In this document: positions 25,740 through 37,720 of the stretch, in pieces
Layout of the letters: each line of letters starts with the position of its first letter
How positions within the stretch are numbered: position 1 is the first letter of the stretch
Assembly (NCBI GenBank): GCA_965202585.1
Contig: OZ241831.1
Location: 42,036,001-42,100,000, forward strand
Direction of reading: 5' to 3'
Length of the DNA stretch: 64,000 nucleotides
From: Thalia democratica
Taxonomy: Eukaryota
Notes under the pieces: generated by a model
What the model was told of the DNA's origin: nothing
Databases searched by the model: none
The model's input: only the letters and a program-made list of their open reading frames with translations
Position numbers and translations under genes: made by a program

Positions 25740-25791
25740 AAATTGTGAACCCCCTTTGAAAAAAGTCTAGACACGCCCCTGAACTGCACTT
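25740..25791. mobile_element. Isolated hAT-like MITE terminus
   Basis: ...gaaccccctttgaaaaaagtctagacacgcccctg, the reverse of a CAGGGGCGTGTCTAG end. Partner end not found. Confidence 0.35.
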
Positions 25792-27703
25792 AGTATAGCT
25801 TCTACAATTGAACGTTATATTACAGTTATTTGTAAAATCTTTGCTAATTAGATGGCACAAAAATTATTCGTGATCAATCTATCTTCTTTAAAAAATCTTT
25901 AAAACGATTAGAAAAATGTTAATGACTTTGAAAAGTTTTGTTTGAGTTACGCTTAATAGTTTGGAATGTTATTATAGTAAATATAATTTTGCAAAGCTGA
26001 GATGTTTTCAGCATCATTCAATAAGCATATGTTAAAGCCTGCTTGATCAGACCTAAACAGTTTTTTATTGCAACTATGACTGCCCGGATGAGTCATAATT
26101 GACGAAATTGACGGCAGGTTGCCTCATGTTATGAAACGTTGTTCGGTGCAGTTTAGTGCTTATTAAATAACGATGAAAACATTTTTAGTTTTGCTAAAGA
26201 AAGTCAAAACTTTGCTACTAGCTATACTGATTATAAAAAAAAGTTAAACTTTAGTTGTACATTCAAAAAATATAGCTCAACTAATTTAGAGATATAAATA
26301 AATTAAAATAATATAGCTTCACTTGTAAATTTTTACGACAGTTAAAACTTTAAAAGAAGTTTTTCTTTAAATCAAAAAAAAAGTTTCATTTGTCACATTT
26401 TTGTCCTATTTTCAATTATTTGTAGCGTAAGATTGCTCTTTAAACTTAAAAATTTTATACTGTTTTTCTACAAGCCATCATTTTTTTAATACTCTTCTCT
26501 TTACACTGTAAAACAATAAACATTTTTATATTATATTGGTAAGTCATGGTAGACAATTTTTTTAATGATTACAAAATAAATTGTATTTGATTAGTACTGT
26601 AATTTTCTGTAAAGTCACACTTTTAATCACAAAAAATATTTTATCATAAAGTTTACTTTTGTAATATTATCTATGTTGTTTGTATGAAGTTGATTTTAAG
26701 CTTTGCTATTTACTATAATTCGTGATATCGTTTTTTATTTATAAAAACAGTTTTTAAATTTAGAATGATCCCTATACTTATTCTTAAGTTACTCATTTTT
26801 GATAAGTAGGATGTTTTAATTATCAAACTAATTTTACTTTTTAGAACTATTAGTGTTTAAATTAAGTTGTTTTTTAAAACAAACAACTTTTTGTCTAAAT
26901 TATCTATTATTTTTGTAAAATTGCTCTTTTAATAACAAAATATATTTCGTTATGTAGTTATACTGTCATACTATGAGTCATTATATTTTTTAAATTGTTA
27001 CTCTTTAACTTAAACAATTACAGTATTGTTCTACATGTCGTAATTTTCGTCTTAAAATTTTCTTTTAAGTAAAAATAAAGCATACTTATACTGTACAACT
27101 TCTGTATATTTTAAAATACATTAATTGGTTAGTTAAAATACAATTTGAAATTTTGTTTTACAATAAAAAGTTTTGAGTAGTGTTGTTTTTGACAATAAAA
27201 AATAAACTTTGTTGTCTAAAACAGTGTTTTTAAAAATTGATTTTTATTAATAGATTATATTTTATGATATACTTATACTTTTATACTATGAACTATTGTT
27301 TGTTGTTTGAAGATGCTTATAACTTAAGATAAAAAAAAACTAGTATTCTCAGTAATTTTCTTTTATAAAGCTTGTCTTATAAATCAAATAAATTCTACAT
27401 TTTTTTACATATAATTATTTTTTGTACAAAAATTCTTTAAAAAATTAAACTAATTATACTTTTATATTACAAGTTGATATTTTTTTATTAAACTTGCTCT
27501 TAAACTTAAAAAAACATTTTTTTATAGTTATTAATTTTTGTATGAATTTGTTTTTATGGTTAGATAAATGCTGCTACAGTGTTTTAGACAATTGCTCGTT
27601 TAAACACAATTGGTAGTTTATTATTTATTACTAAATTATATTATAATGTATTATTATGAATATAATATATTATTATTTAAAGTTATACTTTTATACTCTA
27701 AGT

Positions 27704-29664
27704 CAGTGGTCGGCACGGTGTACACTAGTGTATCCAAATTTTTTTGGGGTGGACAAAACTTTTAGGGTACACGAAAGTCATTTAGGAGTGCACGAAATTT
27801 TAAGATTACACAAAAACTTTTTTTTGTCTTACTATTATTTTTATTTAGTTTAAGCGACATAGTTAAATATTTAAGTTGAATCTAGCCCTGGTGTTTAATT
27901 TAGCTTTAAGTTTATTGGCCATTCTACTCTCATGATCTATTTTGTTAATAAAAATCACATATTATTCTTTATATAAACATTGAGAAAACAGTTTTTATTT
28001 GAAAGAATAGAGAGAATGTTCGAATAGTATTATTTGATATTAATAAAACTAGATTAGAAATCAGTAATGGCATTAGTTTTTTGATTAACTTTATTTTCAC
28101 ACACTCAAAATACTTTGGATAACTCTTATGCTATTTTAAAGGTTGGAAAACTTTTGCAAAGGAACGTTTTTAAAAATACTTATGCTGAGACATTATACCT
28201 CTATTTGAAGAAATTTCTGGACAAGTTCAACCACAACCCAGTAGTAGTTCCAATAAACATCTCATTATAGTAAGATAATTTTAGAATAATAGGTCTCTTG
28301 GTATTTTAGTCTCTAATATTACACTTAAAAAAATTAAAATTCAATGTATCTTCTATTAATGTTAAACATAATGTTAAAATTTTACAAAAATGATTTTGCT
28401 ATTTTTATAAGTGCTTAATAACTCTTGAGATATATCTAGTTATTCATATTTTAACTTGTATTAATTTACAGGAATTTACTTGTTGTTATTTTTAATCATT
28501 AACACTTTATTTAGTTGAAAAAAAAATCTTGTTTTTATTAGATAAAGCTTTGTTTTGCTTTTTTTTTAATGAATGTTGTAGTTTTGTTTTTTAATGTTTT
28601 AGCTCATTTTTGTTCTTAGTATAGTAGAATCCAAATTCTTAAACATACTTTTTAAAACTTAAAATATATAAAATTTTTGTTTTTATTTTTTTTAAGACAT
28701 ATAAAAGGTTTAATTGTTGATAAACTTTAAATTTAAAAACATTTCAGGTTAAAACTCAACCTTTTAATGTAGAATTCAATATATATTTTATGTATGTATA
28801 ATATTAGATACTTTTATATAGTTTGCTCAAAATGGATATTTTTGTTTGTAAAAATATTTAATGTTTTAAAGTTTAATAGTCTCATTTTTCATAGAGTGTT
28901 TTGATTAGAGTTTAAATTATAACTGTAAAGTTATTTTTATTATCTTTTAGCTCATTATAATTTTGATTAGAGTTGGGTATGCAACTCGATGACCGAGAGG
29001 TCTTTTTGTGTATCCAGGCCTTCAACCCAAAATAATTTTTGAGAATTTTTGTTCCAAAAACCATTAAGACCTGAAAATTTTTAAGCATAAACTTTAAATC
29101 CTAAAACTTAGGCTTGATAAGACTCTTGCTAGCAACAAGACCAACACAGACAGTTCCAGATCAACAAACTGATTTAGCTGTGATAATTTTTAATGTCTTT
29201 TTTTTGTTACTTTTTTGTGTAACTTATTCTTCTGTTATTTGTTCGTGACAATACATTTGTTAAAAAACAGATAGTAATCGCTTAATAAAAATCATTAAGT
29301 TAACTTAACTAAATATTTAAATTTACCCTTCAATAAAAAGTATCAAGACTACTGATTGTTAATTGGGGTTGTGGCAATGTATTAAATTAATCTAGTTTGT
29401 ATTTCAAAACTGGGTGATACAAGTAAAATATTGTTGTAAAAATTAGATCATCATTATTTTATTAAAATAGATAGGGTAAAGAGACAGTTTATAGTTAGCG
29501 TTTAAAAATTAACTGAGTGTTACTGAAATATTAGTAAAAAAAACGATTAAAAGTGTTTACATATTCTTAAACACTAGCAGCGCTTAAGAATGCATATTGG
29601 GGTGCACAGAATTTAAACTTTGTGATTTAGGGTTCACGGATTCAAAGTACCGTGCCGACCACTG
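27704..29664. mobile_element. Young non-autonomous hAT element (1961 bp) inside the lectin intron
   Basis: Perfect 16-bp TIR CAGTGGTCGGCACGGT / ACCGTGCCGACCACTG and perfect 8-bp TSD ctctaagt/ctctaagt. No transposase ORF. Confidence 0.93.
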
Positions 29665-30871
29665 CTCTAAGTCATGATGTTTTTTTAGTTGTAATATAAG
29701 TTTTACTTTCGTTGTTTAGTTCTAATTTATAGATTAGACTTGTTTTTATTAATAAAAAAAAAGTTCTGTTTGTCTACTGGTTTGTTTTAAAATGCTTTTC
29801 AAATAACCTAATATACTATATTATAATAAATAACTCTATATACTATACTTATTTTTGTACAATTATTCATAATACTTGATTTTAGTTACTCTTTTATCTG
29901 TAAATTACATAACTATTATTTATAATTTGTAGTTTTGTGTTGATAGTTAGTTATTAAAATTAAAATAATTAACTTATTTGTTATAAAAATGTTTCTTAAC
30001 TATAAAATAGTTTTTTATTAAAAATAAATTTATACACTTCTTCTAATCTAATAGATACTAACTTTTAAATTGACTTGCTATTTTTATTTTTAAATTACTT
30101 ATACTTTTTCTCTACATTTATAAGGCTTTGAAGAAACTTCTTTTTGTAAATACAAAACAAATTGTTTTGTCTAATGTACTTAATATATATGTATTTTTAA
30201 ACTAATTTTTTTAATCATAAGATATTTTGTATGATAAAATTATACTTGTGTATTATTAGTTATTGTTTTTTGTTTAAAGTTGGTTTTCTAAGTAAAAAAT
30301 GCATTCATTTTGGTAATTTTGAGCATTAAATGATAAGTTTAATAGTAAGTATGAAATAAATATTCTACCTTAATTATCAAACTAATTTCAATTCAATTCA
30401 CAGTTATGAAATTTTACTTAAAGTTTTTTTTTTTGTAAAATAATGTATTTGTCTATTATAGTAATTATTGTTGAATTAAGCTTCTCTTTTCGTCACATTA
30501 CCTATTTTCTCACTTTTTTTGTACTGCTAGTGACTACTTCCGGCTTAAGTTAAATTTTCATACTAAACTAAATTTCACTTTTGTTTCAAAAACATTTATT
30601 TATCAACAAATTACTTATTTATTAGAACACATTTTCAATTTTTTTTACTGTTGTAAGTTTTAAATACTTTTAAAATCAAGACAAAAAAAGTTGTTGTTGA
30701 CGTTTATTGTGACTTTTTTATGGGAGCAAATTACAGTTTCGGATTTATTTTTTTTAAATCTGCCCTTGTGATAAAAAACACGTGTTTTTACAACACTAGA
30801 CTTTTAATTAAAACTACTACTGAAATTTCAAACTATTATCAAAATACTAATTTTCAAACAAAACTAGCCAC

Positions 30872-31117
30872 CTGTCCGCGAGGTCACTGGACGCCAACTT
30901 GCCACCCTGCTTTGCGCATCTGTCGCTACCAGTTTCGGGTTTAGTCCATTTAGACACTTCGGTCGATACGTAGTAGTCGAAGCACTCTGTGAAGAAAACG
31001 TTCGTTTTTAACACAGTCACGGTTTTAGAGCGCGTTCGTGCACGCTAACGGAAGTAGCATGAAAGTTGCGCAAATAATAAGCATAGCTTTGACTCTGGTA
31101 TCGTTGAAAGTATTCAT
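30872..31117 (-). CDS. C-type lectin, exon 1 (signal peptide plus N-terminal CTLD), with a 1-nt frameshift
   Basis: ATG at 31117 gives MNTFNDTRVKAMLIICATFMLLPLACTNA. After removing one base the frame reads SKTVTVLKTNVFFTECFDYYVSTEVSKWTKPETGSDRCAKQGGKLASSDLAD. Donor AG|GTGGCT, phase 2, joins 23858 in frame. Absent from the ORF track. Confidence 0.75.
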
Positions 31118-33162
31118 TTTAACTAGTCACAATACAGGAACGTCGCACAACTGATTTTGATACAGATATCACTTTGCCGTGTACATATTTTATCAATGTT
31201 ATAAATCCAGTGCGCAAAGTTTTTAAAGTGCTAATCAGCGGGATGTCAATCGATTTATTATAAAGAATTAATTAAGATATTCTTAATTGCTGTTAAGCTA
31301 TGGAAAATGTTTCAAGAAGTTGGTTTATTTTTTTATTCAACTTTACTAAGGCTATTTAAATTATTGTAGCTACCTATACCAAGCTATCTATAATTATTCG
31401 TTTGTACAAATAAACTTATAAATTCTAAAAAAATGGTCTTAAGACCTTGGTTTACGAAAAGACCTCTCAGTCAATATTTAACAGGTTATTATTATGAAAA
31501 TATACTAAAAATTTAAACATTACAGAAATAAAAAAAACTACTAAAAATAATAATGAACATTTTATACAAACCTTTTACTTCTGTCGCTTGGGTGAAGAAC
31601 AGCAAGGCAAATGTCAAAAACACAAACTTCATTTTGTTAATTCTGTTTTTATTTGTAAAACTAATGAGTGAGCTGTATAAAGTTTTCAAGTTAAATTTTA
31701 GTCACACTAATGCTTTATATAAGGTGTTTGTTCAGTATTTCAAAAACACTTGTCTTGAAACAACAGAAAAAACTTAAAAACGTTTAGTTTAAAAGCACTT
31801 TTTTTTCATTAAAAATACTAAACTTTAAATAACAAAGCTTCAAAGAGCTATAAAAACACATTCTCAACAAGGCTTAACATGTTTTTTGCAAAGTACAAAA
31901 CTTTTAAAGTGACAAGTTTTTGCAACATACCACCGTATTTATGCTGAATATGGCTTTGACAATCTTATCAGCTCAATATGCGAAGAAATCATAAGGAAGT
32001 TTGTCATGACCACAAGCTGCTTGACTAATTGTTGACTTCATGAAAACGTCCACGTTATTCATTGTTTTGTAATGAGCAAGTATGTAGGCGTAAGCTTATT
32101 GAGCTTCACAACAATAAGCGCGGCTTGCTTGCTTGCTTTATTTTGTTTTAATTTAAATTTATTTTCTGTTTTAAACCACATATGATACTTTACCAAAGCA
32201 GCGACTCGCCAAATTTTCAAAGCTACGTACAGTAAACTGAATAATTTCTCTTAATACTAGATTGTTTACTATAAGCAGTTTAATTACTTAGAATTTTTTT
32301 ATAATGATTTAAAAGTTTTAAACATGTAGATAATGAAACCATCCTACAAAATACTTGATTTAGTTTTCTGTACTACAAACTCTTTAAATTAAAAATTAAA
32401 AAAAAACTTTAAGTTTCTAGATTTCAAACTACTTGTCCTAAAAAAAATTATAAACATAAGAATTCGTTAAAGCTAAACTAAAAATTCTCTCAAAAATACT
32501 ACCACTTGTTTGATTTAAGTTAGTTTTAGTTTTATGATGTTTAATGACAGTAATTTAAAAGTTTTGTATTTGCTGTATTTATTCAATTTAGTAAAGTTTA
32601 AATAGTATTTTTTTCGTTTTCTATATTGCACGTTTTAAGACTTACAACAACTATTTGAAACCAAAACATATTACTTGTTTTAAAAATTTTTTGATCTTCA
32701 TTATAAAAGTAAAACAAACTTCCAAAAAATTCAGTAAACGCTTTAAAGAAGCATATATTAAGCTAAAGTAAAAACATTTTTACTTAAAAAAAAATTATTA
32801 AATTAACTTTATTAATTATTTTGTCAACAGTTAAAGCAAGTTAAAGTAAAACACCTTAATTGTTACTAAAAATAAAATAAATTCATGAGCTTGATAAAAC
32901 GATGACACCTTGTGCTGCTTAAGTTACTTGTTTTAAAAGTTATCCTATATTAACTCAATTTGGTTTTAACTTAAAGAAACTTCAAATAAAATCATACATA
33001 GACACATATTTATAATATAATTTTGTTATAGTACTATGAGTTTACGACAAGAAACTTTCAAGCTTAAAAATATGGTAAAAACATAAAAAAAAGTAAACTT
33101 TTTGTTTTATCTAACTGTCCTTCTAAAAATTAAGTTTTTTAGTATTTTTTTAAACTAAATAG

Positions 33163-34553
33163 GAGCCGAACATTTCTAACCCGATCATTTCTAACCCGAT
33201 CATTTACTAACCCGATCACTTCTACCCAATCATTTTTAACCCGATCACTTCTAACCCGATCAGTTCTAACCCGATCATTTCTAACCCGATCATTTCTAAC
33301 CCGATCACTTCTAACACGATTATTTCTAACCTGATTATTTCTGACCCGATCACTTCTAACCCTATCACTTCTAACCTTTGTATCTAAATATTACATTTGT
33401 AAATATCTAAGTTAAGAAAAATCTTTTACGTTTAACATTAAAAATATTCTATTTAAATAACTAAGAAAAAGCATTTCTTAAAAAGAATTATAACAGCTTA
33501 CTATAAGAATAATAAAAAGCAGAGTTTTCAAACCGTTTAGTAAATATGAAATTCATTCTAAAATCAGAATAACCTGAAAAAATTTCTTGACTTAAAAATT
33601 TCAACACACAGCAATTTTTGTTTATATCAATTAAATTTTTACAGAATTTAATACCTAAATGTTACAGCTAAAACATATTATTTTTTTTTTTAAGTTTGGG
33701 TGTATTGCGTTGGTAAAAGAGCACATAGAAAAATTGTGACATTTTAGTTTTTTTCAAAAATACATTAAACTTTTTATCTTTTTTAAATTTTAAATTACTT
33801 CAGTAAATTAACTTAAATAGTTAAATGTTTTTGATTTTATAGAATTTTTTTTTGAAATGATGGACATTTTTGGTTTTTTCAGTTTTGTATTTTATTTAAG
33901 ATCTTTTTACTTAGTCAAACATTATTTTAGATCATCTAAATTTATTGACGAGTATCGACATATTTGTTTAAAAAATGCCAATGAAATATTATTTTTAGTG
34001 TTACAGAAGCTGAAAACATTTATAGGTCCTTTTGTGGTTAATAGTTTGCGTAGAATATTTAAAATAAAAAAAGTTAGCGTTTATTTTTTTAATGTTTAAC
34101 AAAGTTATTTTATTTCTCGGTGAATTTAGATTAAGATAAAAAAAAATTATCAAGAATACTCTAATTTCTCTTTGTTTTTGAATAAATGTAGTGTGGTATA
34201 TTTTTTATGAACAAAAGAAAATCTTCGATTTAATCAGTTTGATATAAAGAAAAAACGTAAAATATAGAAATTTATTTTAATTTATAATAATTGAAATATA
34301 ATTAATACTTTAAGCATATTTTAAACTCAACAATACAAAAATTAAGTTTTGTTTGAGACTGGAAGCACAAATTCAAATAAAAGAACAAATTTGTGAAGTT
34401 TAGATTTTATTTAATGCTATCCTAAAAAAAAATCTAAAACTAACAATTTTTTATAAATGTGGTATAAATAATCGGGTTAAATATGATCAGGCTAGAAGTG
34501 ATCGGGCTAGAAATGATCAGGTTAGAAGTGATCGGGTTAGAAATTATCGGCTC
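33163..34553. mobile_element. Foldback-like element with inverted arrays of the 15-bp GATCGGGTTAGAA unit
   Basis: Left array 33163-33376 (~14 units, minus) and right array 34471-34553 (~5 units, plus). Termini GAGCCGAacATTTCTAAC / GTTAGAAATtaTCGGCTC. No TSD found. Confidence 0.78.
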
Positions 34554-35449
34554 TGGTCAATTTTATATGCTACTAAGTGAATTAATATAAGTTAAATTTT
34601 AAAAGTTTTTAATTTTTTAACAGACAAGCTCAAGTTATAGATGATATAGAATATACATGTAAGGAATTATTAATTTTTTGAATACATTTTATCATTAATA
34701 CTGTACAAATTTGCTTTTTTACGATAATACTTTATTTAAAGTTATTTTTTAATAATAATAAAAAAAATTGTGTTTTTGAAATTTTTTTAAATTTTAAGTG
34801 GTTAGACACAATCAAGTTTTAAGTAAAAATTCTTAGAATTAAATTAAATTTCAACAGTGTCAATATACAAAACTAAGTCATATATTTAATCAAAAACTAT
34901 TTTTTATAATTCTTAATTTAAAATAACAATCAAGTTACATAGAGCTTAAGTTAGTGATAGTTTTGTAAAAACAAAAACTTTTATGTTCACCTGAGTTTAA
35001 TAGGTACTAAACTACCGCGTATATATGAATTTTATATTTCGTAAAGTAATTCATTTAAATATTTATGTTATGAAATAGTTTTTTTAACTAGTTATCTACA
35101 TAAAGTATATTACTTATTTATTTTTATTTATTTTTAAACTTTTTAAATACATTCTTTAAATTTTTATCACACAAAATTAGGTAATACAACAAACTTTTTT
35201 AAGCAGTTTTTTTTTTCAGAATACAGCGAAAATTGTTTTATTACTAGTAAAATTAGAATATTAAAACACTAAAAACAAAAAATCATAAAAACTTAAAATA
35301 GTTACTTAGTAACATTACATAAAAAGCAAAATAACATTTCTATATAACATAATTGTGAAAAGATTAAAAACAAAACAAAGCTGCACGTTTAAAAATCTCT
35401 TTACAAACCTAAATACATTATAATTTGCAATAAAAATGCTTTATATGAG

Positions 35450-37625
35450 ATTCAGCTACCCGAAGGTATTTCTTTAAAACGAACGAAATACACTAAGCTC
35501 ATTAATATATACAATAGTTTAAGATCAATTTTGAAAATTCTGCTTCTTAACGATACATAAGAAAATCGTATGACAATATAATAAAGTAGTGTAAAAGTAA
35601 ACTATTAGATGTTATAAAACCGTTAGTTCTTGTCGAATAGCGAGCATCTTAAAATGCTGCTGAGAGTTTTAGTCATTTGATTATGTTTTAAAACGGCTGC
35701 AAATTACCCAAATGAAAAAATATATGAAATAGTATGAGTAAAACTAAAAAAAAGCTGCAAAAAGAATATAGTAATTAAACTATTAGATGTTAAACAACTG
35801 TTATTTCTGGTATTACGACAATAAAAAGTAGCTTAAATTGTTGTTCAAAAACTTAACTTTTTCACAGACTGATAAAAACGGCTGATATCGACCTAAACTT
35901 ATTGATATATTCAGTAGTGAGAATTCATCAACAACAAAAGCTGCACCTTAAGCATACTTTATGAGATAGTATGTTAACAAATAAAAGTACTGTTAAACTG
36001 AAATTCTAGAGGTTATATAATCTTCAATTCTTCAAGTGAAAATGGCAATCAACTTAAAATTTCGCTGTAAGTGTTAGCTATCCAATTATTTTTACAGATG
36101 TTATAAATTAAACAAATTTTATTTCTGGTTACAAAAAGTCAAAAGTATTTGATAATGTTTCAGAAAGTTACACTCTGTAAAAGTATTTCTGAAACGCCGG
36201 TGTTAACCTATCTTCGGAGGTATATGCAACAGTATGAATACAAATTAAAAAATATGCTGCACCCCAAGGATACTTAAGGATATCTTGTGTTAACACATTT
36301 AAGTATAGTTATGAGTAAAACTAAAAAAAGGCTGCAAATTAAGCATACTTACGGAAATCGTATGATAACAAAAAGTACTAATTTTAATGTAAACTTATAC
36401 ATTTTATATGATCTTTATTTGTTGTCAAACAACAATCAAAATCATCTCTATAAGTTGCTAAGAGTCTTAGCTATCCGGTAGTATTTTCAAAACAACCGAA
36501 ATAGACATACATTGAAAGATATACGAAATAGTATAAATCAAATTTAAAAAATCCTGCACTTTGAGAACTCATAATAAAATCGTAAGTTAAAAGAAATAAT
36601 GGTGTTTAATTTAACTTTAAAGATTTTATAAAATATATATTTTTGGTCACACGACAATTATAAGTATCTAAAAATTGCTTAGAGTCTCAACTATCCGATA
36701 GTAATGTAAAACGGACGCAATCGAGCTAAACTCAGATATAGACGCCAAAATATAAATTCAACTAAAAATGCTGCACCTTAAGAATACTCTCGCAAATCGC
36801 ATATTATCAAAATATAATATTTTTGAAATAAACTTTAAGATGCTAAATAAATGTAATTTTTGGTACCACGACAATAAAAAGTATCTTAAATTGTTGCTCA
36901 AAAATTGAGCTTATTCACAGTCTGATAAAAACGGCTGATATCGACCTAACGTTGAAGATTTATTCATTACTTAGAATATATTAACAGCAAAATCTGCACC
37001 TTAAGCATACTTTATCAAGTTGTATGTTAACAAATAAAAATACTGTTAAACTGAAACTCTAGAGACTATATAATCTTTAGTTCTAGTCAAATGACAATAG
37101 CAAACAACTTAAAGTTTTGCTCAAAGTCTTAGCTATCCAATTTTTTTTCCTGAGTAATAAATTATACAAATGTTATTTATAATTACACAAAATCACAAGC
37201 ATTTGTTAATGTTGCAGAGAGTTTCACTCTGTGATGGTATTTCTAAAACGCCGATATTAACCTATCATCGGAGATGTATGTAACAGTATGAACTCAAATA
37301 AAAAAATGCTGCACCTTAAGGGTACTTAAGGACATCTTGTGTTAACACAATAAAATAGTGTTAAAATAAACTTTAAGATTTTGTATGATCTATATTTCTA
37401 GTCACACGACTATTGTTAAAATGGTCGAATTTAGGCTAAATTAAGAGATATATAGAAAGGCATGAATTCAACAAGTAATAAATACTCCACCTTAAGGATA
37501 CTTGAAAGATTTTTAAGTTTATAGAATAAAATAGTATTAAAAAAAGTTACAAATGTTATATAGACGTTAAATCTTATCACACGGCTATGATGAGCATCTT
37601 AAAATGTTGCTGAGAGCTTGTATGA
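35450..37625 (+). repeat. Diverged satellite-like array of the ~220-bp family with a ~1.05-kb higher-order repeat
   Basis: Recurrent gctgcaccttaaggatacttaag / ttagatgttata / gcatcttaaaatg motifs. ~35865-36300 is repeated at ~36910-37350. Confidence 0.8.
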
Positions 37626-37672
37626 GAGACTTTTTTGAGCCAGCTACGTCCCTGATGTATAATATATGCTTA

Positions 37673-37720
37673 CAGGGGCGTCGTGTGGGGTGGTACACTG
37701 CTGCACATGCACAAAAATTT
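37673..37720. mobile_element. Possible hAT-type element terminus (CAGGGGCG...)
   Basis: GC-rich CAGGGGCGTCGTGTGGGG just after the array ends. A minus-strand KARKMDFI* at ~37790-37820 recalls a hAT transposase C-terminus. Other end not found. Confidence 0.3.
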
